Virus record (IMG/VR): IMGVR_UViG_3300005614_000001
Coordinates: 1 to 64,000 of that record
DNA from: a virus
Lineage: Duplodnaviria > Caudoviricetes
Reading direction: 5' to 3' (one strand)
Length of the DNA stretch: 64,000 nt
Below the pieces are notes generated by a model. That model was not told the origin of the DNA. It ran no database searches and saw only the letters and a list, made by a program, of their open reading frames with translations. Positions 1-8,538 of this stretch are shown here, in pieces. Position numbers and translations under genes: made by a program. How positions within the stretch are numbered: the stretch's first letter is position 1; the number at the start of each line of letters is the position of its first letter.

Positions 1-2
1 TA

Positions 3-794
3 GATTTTGCAGATGATAAATATAAAGGAGATGCTATAGACCTTGTCGGGCAATTATATAATTTAGACTACTCTTCTTCCCTGCAGAAAATAGCCCTTGA
101 TTTCCAGTTAGTAAATGGAACAGCAGATGATTATAAAAAGATAGTAAAAGACTACAATAAACCAATCCTCACCAAAAAGAGGTATACTTTTATCCAGGTT
201 AATACAAAACCATTCACTGAAGTAGATTTATCCTATTGGGGGAAGTACCAGATAACTATAGAAGACTTAAGAAAGGAACAAATATATTCTGTAAAAAACC
301 TCTTTGTTAACAGAAAGAAAAGGTATGTAGGGAAGGATGAACTATGCTTTGCTTACCACTACGATGGGTGTTTTAAGATCTATTTTCCCGAAAGAAGCAA
401 AGATAAATGGGTGTCAAATATACCACTTTCTACAGTGGAGGGAGAAATAATCCCTGAAATAGATAAAGTCCTCATTGTTAAAAGTAAAAAAGACAGAATG
501 TGCTTACAGAAGATAATAAATGGAATAAACATAGTTTCTGTACAAAATGAGTCCATTGCTTGCTTTACAGAGGATTTTACTGCACTTCTGCGGGGAAAAG
601 ATGTGTGGGTGTCTTACGATAGCGACTCCCCGGGGAAGAGGGCATCTATAACCATCACTTCTAAATTTGGGTACAGGCATATAAATGTCCCTGATAAATA
701 CTTAGATGAAGGAATAAAAGATTGGAGTGACCTTATATGTAAATATGGAACACCTCCGGTTATTGAACATTTTAAACAAAAAGGATTAATATGA
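3..794 (+). CDS. DNA primase (DnaG/TOPRIM, crAss-type), 5'-truncated by window edge
   Basis: Frame is open from position 3 (DFADDKYKGDAIDLV...), so the track ORF 411..794 is only the C-terminal part. TOPRIM-like motifs KSKKDRM, QNES, YDSDSPG and terminal KDWSD. Confidence 0.85.
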   Translation, partial: DFADDKYKGDAIDLVGQLYNLDYSSSLQKIALDFQLVNGTADDYKKIVKDYNKPILTKKRYTFIQVNTKPFTEVDLSYWGKYQITIEDLRKEQIYSVKNLFVNRKKRYVGKDELCFAYHYDGCFKIYFPERSKDKWVSNIPLSTVEGEIIPEIDKVLIVKSKKDRMCLQKIINGINIVSVQNESIACFTEDFTALLRGKDVWVSYDSDSPGKRASITITSKFGYRHINVPDKYLDEGIKDWSDLICKYGTPPVIEHFKQKGLI

Positions 795-1321
795 ATGAAA
801 GAACATTTACAGTATTTTCGTCTAATGGATACTTAGAAGTAGATAGAAAAACAGGGAAAATATTAAGTAGGAATATAGTTTCAGATGATGAGAATTTCCC
901 AAAAATATATATAATAGATATAAAAGAATTTGAACAGTATTATGAATGTGAAATAATGAGTGGAGTAAGCATAGATATTCTTGACTTAGGATATTGGTTA
1001 AAAGACGGTACTTATGAACCTCCTACACAAGATTGGAGAGATGAAATTAAAAATAATATAGATATAGAAGATAAACACGAATATAGGCATGAACCTAAAA
1101 AAGCTATAAAAGTAGAACCAAAAAATAATGTTTTATCTAATTTAACCACTCTCTCCCAAAAGATAGAAAGTAATACCAAATTAGTACAGGAACTGGGAGA
1201 TGACTATAAGAAGGCTTTAGACCTACTGGCAATGGCACAAATGGAACTTAATAAATTCTATCTACCAGACCAATGTGAAGCTTTACATTTAATAAACAAA
1301 TTCTTAAAAGATAAAAAATGA
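791..1321 (+). CDS. hypothetical protein
   Basis: 176-aa ORF coupled to the primase stop (overlap) and to the next ORF (ATGA). Confidence 0.7.
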   Translation: MNERTFTVFSSNGYLEVDRKTGKILSRNIVSDDENFPKIYIIDIKEFEQYYECEIMSGVSIDILDLGYWLKDGTYEPPTQDWRDEIKNNIDIEDKHEYRHEPKKAIKVEPKNNVLSNLTTLSQKIESNTKLVQELGDDYKKALDLLAMAQMELNKFYLPDQCEALHLINKFLKDKK

Positions 1322-1494
1322 ATATATTAAATTTTGCAGTAAAAACACTAGGGCTCTTATACTACTTTACAGTAGTTCTATTGTGGGCTATAAAAGATAG
1401 ACAACCAAGTAATGTAGATATATTTATATTTATATTTCTATGTTATAGTATGATTAGTATACAGATAGAAGAAAGTAACAAATCTAAAGTATAA
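1318..1494 (+). CDS. small membrane protein (58 aa, not in ORF track)
   Basis: ATGA overlap with the upstream stop. Two hydrophobic stretches (LGLLYYFTVVLLWAI; IFIFIFLCYSMISI). Ends 1 nt before the UDG start. Confidence 0.55.
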   Translation: MNILNFAVKTLGLLYYFTVVLLWAIKDRQPSNVDIFIFIFLCYSMISIQIEESNKSKV

Positions 1495-1495
1495 G

Positions 1496-2323
1496 ATGAA
1501 AATAACAGATAATATAAAGTTACAGTTCGGAAAATGGTTTAAATACTTTGAACCTTTCATCTCTACCCCAGAATTTGATACCATCTTCCTGCAGATAAAA
1601 AGTAGAGTAAAGGCTGGAGTTAAAGTCTTCCCTGCATCTGAAAATGTATTTAGGTGCTTTAGGGAGACAGATCCTGATAAATTAAAGGTTATTTTAGCCA
1701 GTTTTTGCCCCTATCATAATAGAGTAGGTGATATAATAGTAGGAGATGGATTGGCATTTTCTTGTTCTAATACAGGGGAAAGGTATGGAATACAGCCATC
1801 TTTACATAGTATATATAGTGCATTAGAAGATAGCTACTGTGGAGGGTTTAATATAAACCTAATACAGGAACCTGATTTAAGGTATTTAGCTTACCAGGGA
1901 GTGCTGTTATACAATACAGGACTGACGGTAGAAGAAGGAAAGGCCGGGAGTATGCAGGAGGTTTGGAAACCTTTTAATGAGTTCTTCTGGAAAGAGGTAA
2001 TAAATCAATATTTCAGAGGGCTTCCCATAGTGTTCTTTGGGCAGGTAGCTGCTAAATCTGAAAAGCTCCTCACTCCAATGCTTCATTACCCTTATATAAT
2101 AGAACACCCAGCAAGCTCCAGCTATAGAGGACCAGAAAGTAAATGGAAATATGATGATATATTCAGGAAGGTAGATAAAATCCTCATGGACAATAATGGA
2201 GAAAAGATAGAATGGTATAAAGAAAGTAACACAATGGAAAAACAAAAAGTAAAAGCAATGGATACCTCAAAAGCTTTAAGAACATTAGAAAACCCTGAAA
2301 ATATAGATGATCTTCCATTTTAA
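1496..2323 (+). CDS. ung: uracil-DNA glycosylase family 1-like protein with atypical catalytic loop
   Basis: VFP..ENVFR, KVIL-ASFCPYH (canonical GQDPYH), GLAFS, PSL, QGVLLYNTGLTV, HPAS (canonical HPSP). Confidence 0.85.
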   Translation: MKITDNIKLQFGKWFKYFEPFISTPEFDTIFLQIKSRVKAGVKVFPASENVFRCFRETDPDKLKVILASFCPYHNRVGDIIVGDGLAFSCSNTGERYGIQPSLHSIYSALEDSYCGGFNINLIQEPDLRYLAYQGVLLYNTGLTVEEGKAGSMQEVWKPFNEFFWKEVINQYFRGLPIVFFGQVAAKSEKLLTPMLHYPYIIEHPASSSYRGPESKWKYDDIFRKVDKILMDNNGEKIEWYKESNTMEKQKVKAMDTSKALRTLENPENIDDLPF

Positions 2324-2342
2324 TAATTAAAAACATGATTTT

Positions 2343-2513
2343 ATGGATAAAATACAACAAGATTTAGAAAAGAAATTACTCTACTACCGGGGACAATTGG
2401 AGAAATCTATAGAAAAGTTCATAGGGAGTAATAAAAGGGTAGATAGAGATATGGTAATAGTACATAAAACAAAAGTTGCATTTATTAAAGAAATACTAAC
2501 AAGTGTTAAATAA
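2343..2513 (+). CDS. hypothetical protein (56 aa, not in ORF track)
   Basis: ATG 2343 to TAA 2513 fills the gap between UDG and the next gene; AT-rich leader. Confidence 0.5.
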   Translation: MDKIQQDLEKKLLYYRGQLEKSIEKFIGSNKRVDRDMVIVHKTKVAFIKEILTSVK

Positions 2514-2523
2514 ATATGATTTT

Positions 2524-4260
2524 ATGGAAAAGAACATGAAAAAATTACAAATATCAGATAAATTAAAAGAAAGGTTAGCTAAAATAGACTCTCCAATTAT
2601 TCGCTACATCCTGGATATAGAAGAAGTAGATATAAATAATGGAGATTATATAAATTATTTAGATGTATCAAGAGATAATCCGGAATTTATCTCCTACATG
2701 AATAAAAATAAACTGGATAAGTTTGAAGATAAAGAAGTGGTGGAACAAATTCCAGATCCTGAATTTCCAGGTATGTTGGAGATAAAACTTAAAAGAAACA
2801 TTCTCCTAAGTACCTTATTAAATGTCCAATATCTTAGGCTTACAAATAAAAGAGACTTTAGAATATTTATCTCTGGGGTATCGGGAGGGATATTTTTAAA
2901 AGGAATAGAGGAAGAGAATGTTGATTATAATTATAGTATATATTGGAGGAGGAATGAAAATAGTGAATGGTGGTCAAATAACTACAGATTAAATAAAGAA
3001 ATCTACTCCAGGTTTAAATCTATCTCTATTCCGACTATAACTAAAATAACTAACCCTGTATGGGAGCCGGCGAATAGATTACATGGAAAAGTGAGTAAAA
3101 CACTTAGAAAACTGGTTCCTGAAAATATGTTCTCAGATAAAGAATGGGAAATGTTATCCACAGGGTATAAAATAGAAAGCTTTAAGTTTACAGGATTTGA
3201 AGATAAGTATGTCTACTCTGAAGTAAAAGGAGAGAGTATACAAAGAATGTATCATGGAAGTAATTATTCAAATTCTAACCACGATTTAGGAAATAGTTGT
3301 ATGAGATATGATAGTTGTGAAGATTATTTTAACATATACACTAAAAATCCTGATAATGTTTCCTTAGCTGTAATTACCGAAGGAGAAGATATGCAAGTAG
3401 CCGGGAGAGCGTTATTGTGGAAAAGGTTAGAGGGAAAAGCAGTGGATAAAGTATATTTTGATAGAATATATGCCAACTCCAACTCTTTGTATTTAGGGAT
3501 GAAGTCTCATCTTTTAAGCTTAGGGTATACAGATTTATGGGAGATTGCAGGGGCTCATTTAAGAAATGATGATTATGCTAAAGTGGCAGACCTTTCTTTA
3601 AAAATAGAACATGCAGATTTCGAATACTACCCATACACAGACTCATTTAGGTTTCTTACTTTAAATCCGAGTGGTGGTGGGGTTCTATCCACTAAATCCG
3701 GGGATATGACTTTAAATAGTACAGAAGGTGGGTGGGAGGAAAAAGAAGGAGGTAGCTGTGATTGTTGTGGAACAAGCAATAGTGACCTGCATTATATAGA
3801 AAGAGGTAGTCATAGACGTGAAAATCTATGTGATGACTGTAGTGTATATTCAGAATATTATGATGAATATATAGCAGAAAGTGATGCTGTAGAAACAGAA
3901 CATGATGGATACGTATTACTTGATGGTGCAGTGAGGGGCTATGATATGGAATGGATGCTATCAGATAACGCAGTATTATTATATGATAGTAGTTTTGCAC
4001 ACGTAGATGATGATCAGTTAATGGAGTCAATAGATGGAAGCAGGTTTATTGTAGGAGATGAAAACTTCGTGGAAATAGCTGGAGATTGGTATCATAAAGA
4101 TAATGATGATGTAGCTTATGATGATTTAACTGATGAGTGGATGCTTCAATGTGATTATGATGATCTGATGAAAGAAAGGGAAGATGAAGCAGATGCTGAA
4201 GCAGAGGAAGCAAAAGAACAGGAATCTGAAGTAGAAGAAAAAGAACAAATTAACTTTTAA
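2524..4260 (+). CDS. conserved phage protein (NSCMRY / GRALLW / DRIY motifs) with CxxC-containing acidic C-terminus
   Basis: Long ORF; ATG 2524 preferred over GTG 2503. I recall this motif set from phage proteins that lie next to M28-like peptidases. Function unknown. Confidence 0.7.
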   Translation: MEKNMKKLQISDKLKERLAKIDSPIIRYILDIEEVDINNGDYINYLDVSRDNPEFISYMNKNKLDKFEDKEVVEQIPDPEFPGMLEIKLKRNILLSTLLNVQYLRLTNKRDFRIFISGVSGGIFLKGIEEENVDYNYSIYWRRNENSEWWSNNYRLNKEIYSRFKSISIPTITKITNPVWEPANRLHGKVSKTLRKLVPENMFSDKEWEMLSTGYKIESFKFTGFEDKYVYSEVKGESIQRMYHGSNYSNSNHDLGNSCMRYDSCEDYFNIYTKNPDNVSLAVITEGEDMQVAGRALLWKRLEGKAVDKVYFDRIYANSNSLYLGMKSHLLSLGYTDLWEIAGAHLRNDDYAKVADLSLKIEHADFEYYPYTDSFRFLTLNPSGGGVLSTKSGDMTLNSTEGGWEEKEGGSCDCCGTSNSDLHYIERGSHRRENLCDDCSVYSEYYDEYIAESDAVETEHDGYVLLDGAVRGYDMEWMLSDNAVLLYDSSFAHVDDDQLMESIDGSRFIVGDENFVEIAGDWYHKDNDDVAYDDLTDEWMLQCDYDDLMKEREDEADAEAEEAKEQESEVEEKEQINF

Positions 4261-4272
4261 AAATAAAATAAT

Positions 4273-4977
4273 ATGTATAATTATTGCAAAACAGAGCCGG
4301 TACCAGTAGCAAATATTGTAAATGATGAGATAAAAATAGATATAGACTTTTTAAAACAACTATATTTATTTCAAACTCCTTCCAAAACAGAGCATGAAGG
4401 AAGATTTATAAAATGGCTACAAAAACACATTAAATCCCTCTATGGGAAGAAGGTAAAAACCGTAATAGATGCATTTGGTAACTTACTGATCACTAAAGGA
4501 AGGGCTAAATTATTTCCTTGTGTAGTTTCTCATGTAGATATAGTACATCAATATAATCCCAACTTACAGTTATTTAATACAGATAATATAATATTTGGCT
4601 TTAATAGTAGTACAGGGGAACAATGTGGAATAGGTGCCGACCCTAAAAATGGTGTATATTTCAACCTTTTAATGCTGGAACACGTAAAAAATATAAAATG
4701 TGTCTTCACTATACAGGAAGAAATAGGAATGATAGGTGCTTCAAAATTAGATTTTTCATTCTTTGATGATTGTACAATGCTTGTGCAGTTAGACAGGAGA
4801 TGTAGCACCCAGGATGTAATAGAATATACTAATGGCGTAGAGGTACTTTCAGAAGAGTTTAAAAAAGAAGCTCTTCCTTATATGAAAAAGTATGAATACA
4901 CGTTTAATGATGGAAGCGCTACAGATATAGGAGAGATAAAGAAAAGAGGAATTAAAGTAGTAGCAATGAATATCTCT
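4273..4977 (+). CDS. M20/M28-type zinc peptidase, exon 1
   Basis: Metal-ligand motifs HVD, GADPKNG, QEEIG and QLDRR. Stops abruptly at MNIS, followed by the intron's TAA. Confidence 0.85.
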
Positions 4978-5008
4978 TAAAATAAATTCAAATATTTAAT
5001 TTTTTGTG

Positions 5009-5016
5009 TATATTTG
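5009..5016 (+). promoter_or_regulatory. Bacteroidota-type -7 promoter element (TAnnTTTG) for the intron endonuclease
   Basis: TATATTTG ending 22 nt upstream of ATG 5039, inside the hairpin TGTGTAT...ATACACA. Confidence 0.45.
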
Positions 5017-5038
5017 TGTGAACATATACACATTATAA

Positions 5039-5986
5039 ATGCCAAAAGCAAATCATTGTAATTACGAAGAAGCCTATTTAATGTATAAAGAAATACATAA
5101 TATATCTAAAGTTTCAGAACACTATAAAAAAAGAAGAAGTGTAATGAAAAGAGAATTTATAAAATTAGGTTATAAGTATCCACTTAATATTCGTAAAAAA
5201 GGTTATACATTTAAAGGTGTTAGTAGAATAAATCTTGATTTAAAAATAGATTATTTTAAAATAATAGATAGTCCAGAGAAAGCTTATTTTTTAGGACTTA
5301 TCTATGCAGATGGCTCAGTTGGTGTAAGATTTAAAGGAAACAACAGACAGGAACTTTCTTTCAGAATATCACTAGAGAAATCTGATATGTATATTATAAA
5401 TATGTTAGCTAAAGAAATAAATTTTACAGAAGGTTATTTTGAAAACTTAAAAGCTCCATTTATAAGCCAAAATGGAAAAACTTATAGTTCAAGATTACAG
5501 AGTGGTATTTCTATCTACAGAAAAGATTTTATACAAAATCTTATTAATCAAGGAGTTGTTCCTAATAAAACTTATATGAACCTGCACATTCCAGAAATGT
5601 CAAATAATTTAATACCTCATTTTATCAGAGGATATTTTGATGGAGATGGATGTATAGGAATTTATAAAACACCTCATAATACTTATAGTGTTCATTGCTT
5701 TATAACTTCTAAAACAAAAACTATATTAGAAGAATTTATGAAGTTTTTAGAAGATAAAAATGTATACTGTTATATAAAATATTACAATGATTTATACAAA
5801 TTATATGTAAGACAACCTTCAGTTCTAGCTTTTTGGAATATTATTAAACCGGAAGAGAATGAACCTTGTCTTATAAGAAAAAAGGAAAAATTTGAATTTT
5901 ACAGGAGCTTTAAAGAGAAATCTTTAAATGAAAAATTGGGTGAATTGCTGGAAAATCCAGAAGTGGACAATCAGCAGCCAAGTTAG
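5039..5986 (+). CDS. intron-encoded double-motif LAGLIDADG homing endonuclease
   Basis: YFLGLIYADGSV and FIRGYFDGDGCI motifs. The 3' end (LGELLENPEVDNQQPS) reads through the ribozyme core. Confidence 0.93.
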   Translation: MPKANHCNYEEAYLMYKEIHNISKVSEHYKKRRSVMKREFIKLGYKYPLNIRKKGYTFKGVSRINLDLKIDYFKIIDSPEKAYFLGLIYADGSVGVRFKGNNRQELSFRISLEKSDMYIINMLAKEINFTEGYFENLKAPFISQNGKTYSSRLQSGISIYRKDFIQNLINQGVVPNKTYMNLHIPEMSNNLIPHFIRGYFDGDGCIGIYKTPHNTYSVHCFITSKTKTILEEFMKFLEDKNVYCYIKYYNDLYKLYVRQPSVLAFWNIIKPEENEPCLIRKKEKFEFYRSFKEKSLNEKLGELLENPEVDNQQPS

Positions 5987-6154
5987 TTAGGAATAACTAA
6001 AAGGTTCAACGACTAATAGCATACCAGAAGACCTCTGATGAAGCTAACACGAGCGCCCAACACCTATAAAAAAGGTGATGATATAGTCTGAGCTGCATAT
6101 ATAACAAAATAAAATGCAGAAGTAGGGATAAAGAGCCCTACGATAACAAAACTG

Positions 6155-6760
6155 AACGGAAGTTTAAACGAGCATATGGATAACGAAGTTACATCTATAT
6201 CATGCTTTAAAAACGGAGTGCATCTCGGATATGAGCTTCTTACCAAATTAGGAATAGATAAGAAATGGGAACATATTTCCCCCAAAGAAGTATATAAACC
6301 CTACAATGGTGGATTTGGGGGATATGGAATATCTGCTGGTGCAGGAATGAGTAATCAATTCATGAATAAATATACTAATAAGTGGGATACTTTTCATGAT
6401 TATGAAGACTTCTATGAAGAAAGTACCATTGGTAAAAGAGAAAGCAGAAAAAATGGAGAAAAGATAGATGTATGGCACTATTGTGAACATATATCTATTA
6501 CAGAGATGGACGAAGTCTATATACAGGATACTCTTTCTACAGGATGTTGCCCAATATGTAACTCTAATGACTTAGTAGAGTTACCAGAAGGAGAAAAAGT
6601 GTGCCAGGATTGTGAAAGTTTCTGGAATATCCCTGATACAAAAGGACTTATGGAAGTAGATGATGAATACCAAGAATGGGTGGATGAGATGTACTATAGG
6701 GAAAAGATGAAAGAAATCCGTGAAGAAAGGAAAATTGATACTACAAAAGAGTTACAATGA
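6155..6760 (+). CDS. M20/M28-type peptidase, exon 2 (last His ligand plus C-terminal Zn ribbon)
   Basis: In frame from 6155: NGSLNEHMDNEV, matching the family N.S.G....H...E motif. CPIC...CQDC near the end. Spliced product is 436 aa. Confidence 0.85.
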   Translation, partial: NGSLNEHMDNEVTSISCFKNGVHLGYELLTKLGIDKKWEHISPKEVYKPYNGGFGGYGISAGAGMSNQFMNKYTNKWDTFHDYEDFYEESTIGKRESRKNGEKIDVWHYCEHISITEMDEVYIQDTLSTGCCPICNSNDLVELPEGEKVCQDCESFWNIPDTKGLMEVDDEYQEWVDEMYYREKMKEIREERKIDTTKELQ

Positions 6761-6778
6761 TTATAATATAGTAAACTT

Positions 6779-6818
6779 AAAGAGGAGATGTAGATTTAAT
6801 TCTATTCTCCTCTTTTTT
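6779..6818 (+). terminator. rho-independent terminator
   Basis: AAAGAGGAGA...TCTCCTCTTT stem followed by a T-run, just after peptidase exon 2. Confidence 0.8.
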
Positions 6819-6922
6819 ATCTCCTTTTTTTATTTTATTCTATTTTTCACATTTTCTTTGCACTATAGAATTAATTTCTATACATTTACACTAAGTTTTC
6901 CACATATCATTAAACACACATC

Positions 6923-7222
6923 ATGGCTGAGAAAATACATATTATTAAAACAAAATTAAATGCTTTAGAACAACCAGGAGTATTATGGGCAATGATAGAC
7001 CTACTCAGGTTATTTAACTCTGAAGTATATGGAAATAATAGATACGATAATTCTGATGAATACTATCTATCCTATATCATGAAATTACAAAAAAGTTATG
7101 CCACTATTCTTGAAGAACAATCATATTTAAAGAAAGATAGTAAGCAGATAGATTTAGAAGATGTCATAGCTCAAATAGTGATAAATACACAATTACAAAA
7201 CTATCCAGATGCCCAGAAGTAA
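6923..7222 (+). CDS. hypothetical protein
   Basis: 99-aa ORF starting a new transcription unit after the terminator. Confidence 0.65.
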   Translation: MAEKIHIIKTKLNALEQPGVLWAMIDLLRLFNSEVYGNNRYDNSDEYYLSYIMKLQKSYATILEEQSYLKKDSKQIDLEDVIAQIVINTQLQNYPDAQK

Positions 7223-7880
7223 AAAGAAGAAACCAGTAGTAGTAAGGAAGGATACAAGTATAAAAGCTAAGAGAACAGCGAGGGTGAAGAGAGAGACAAA
7301 GAAAGTATCTAAGGAAGGAATGTATAAGGGAATACCATATGAATCTATGGGGGAGTATTACTTTTTATGTTACTGTTATGAACTGATAGATGCCGGGTAT
7401 ATGAGGAGTGTTAACAGAAGTGATAGTTATATGCTTCTACAGGGTCTTACACATGAATATTCAACCCTTTCTAAAAGGGGTAGCAGTAGTATCCATAAAT
7501 CTCAGTGTTTTTTAAGACCAGTAAGCTATACTCCAGATTTTATCTGTGTATGGAATAAGAAGGCTTTAGGGAGATTTATATGGGTGATGGGAGATAACAG
7601 TAAGTGCTCTTCCCCATTCATATGCCATAAGACAGAAGATGGGGATAACTTTAGCCTGGTAGAATGTAAGCCAGATTATGATTTTAATAACAAAACTCAA
7701 TACTTTGTATTAAATCAGAAATTGATGTGGGATAAACATAAGCTATTCGTTAACCTGGAGCAAACCAGTAAGTTCTTTGCAGCAACGTTTACCCCCAGGG
7801 AGTTCCTATTCACTATGGATGGAAAGCCAAGGAAATTGAAATATGAACCAAGGACATTAAATGAATATTTACAGTTATAA
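7209..7880 (+). CDS. PD-(D/E)XK endonuclease (DUF1064 / resolvase-like)
   Basis: YESMGE, YTPDF and VECK motifs; basic N-terminus. Confidence 0.7.
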   Translation: MPRSKKKKPVVVRKDTSIKAKRTARVKRETKKVSKEGMYKGIPYESMGEYYFLCYCYELIDAGYMRSVNRSDSYMLLQGLTHEYSTLSKRGSSSIHKSQCFLRPVSYTPDFICVWNKKALGRFIWVMGDNSKCSSPFICHKTEDGDNFSLVECKPDYDFNNKTQYFVLNQKLMWDKHKLFVNLEQTSKFFAATFTPREFLFTMDGKPRKLKYEPRTLNEYLQL

Positions 7881-7890
7881 AATATAATAG

Positions 7891-8268
7891 ATGAAAAATA
7901 ACACAATAGCAAATTTTAAATATTATACAAAAGATGGAAGGAGAATATCTGCTTTTGCAGAATCTTTTGGGTGTCAGATGGTGATAACTATGTTTTTATG
8001 TAGTAAAGAGGATCAATTTAAGAGATCGTTTAGCTGGACTATATGGAAAGCTCACTATAGTATGCCTGCATCTGAAATAAAAGAACGTTTTGGAGTTACT
8101 TTATATACTTCAGTAATCCAGGTGAAAAAAGGGAATGAAAAGATAGCCTTCAGAGAATATATGGATAATTTATATTGTAAAAAGGTAGAGGTATTAATTC
8201 CAATGGATAAAATAATCCCTGCAAAAGAGGCAGCATTTCATCAGATAATAAGAAAAATGTATAAATAA
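7891..8268 (+). CDS. hypothetical protein
   Basis: 125-aa ORF in a tightly packed operon. Confidence 0.65.
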   Translation: MKNNTIANFKYYTKDGRRISAFAESFGCQMVITMFLCSKEDQFKRSFSWTIWKAHYSMPASEIKERFGVTLYTSVIQVKKGNEKIAFREYMDNLYCKKVEVLIPMDKIIPAKEAAFHQIIRKMYK

Positions 8269-8269
8269 C

Positions 8270-8527
8270 ATGGATATAACATTAAAAATAATAATCTGTA
8301 TATATTTGATAGGAGTAATTATATTTTATTATCTAAATAAACTGTATGAAAAATATATTGGAAAAAGAGAATGGGACTGGAATAGTGTAAAAGATACAAT
8401 ACAGCTTATGTGGCTTTCATGGATTGGAATATTTTTAATAATAGTAGTTATTGTATGCATTCCTTTTTCACGGTTAAAAGAAAAGATTAATATTAAACTT
8501 CCAAAGAAGCCACCTTTCTGGCTATAA
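8270..8527 (+). CDS. small two-TM membrane protein
   Basis: Two hydrophobic segments and a basic C-terminus. Confidence 0.65.
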   Translation: MDITLKIIICIYLIGVIIFYYLNKLYEKYIGKREWDWNSVKDTIQLMWLSWIGIFLIIVVIVCIPFSRLKEKINIKLPKKPPFWL

Positions 8528-8538
8528 AATGATCAATT

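Larger units (their letters stand above)
4978..6154 (+). ncRNA. group I self-splicing intron (1177 nt) with homing endonuclease ORF in the P1 loop
   Basis: Exon ends in U4977 and intron ends in G6154. P1: CUCU/U pairs with AGGAG 5903-5907, giving a U.G wobble at the splice site. P2: TTTAAAGA-GAAA-TCTTTAAA. P3: TTGGGTG/CGCCCAA. P, Q, R, S elements AATTGCTGGAAA, AATCAGCAGC, GTTCAACGACTA, GATATAGTC. Splicing restores the reading frame. Confidence 0.95.

Noticed and set aside
6176-6760. Stand-alone 194-aa gene starting at ATG 6176
   Set aside because: Better explained as exon 2 of the peptidase; the frame extends back to the intron's terminal G6154 and supplies the missing His ligand.
6720-6959. 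79-aa Phe-rich ORF
   Set aside because: It spans the terminator and T-rich intergenic tract and overlaps both neighbours; likely spurious.
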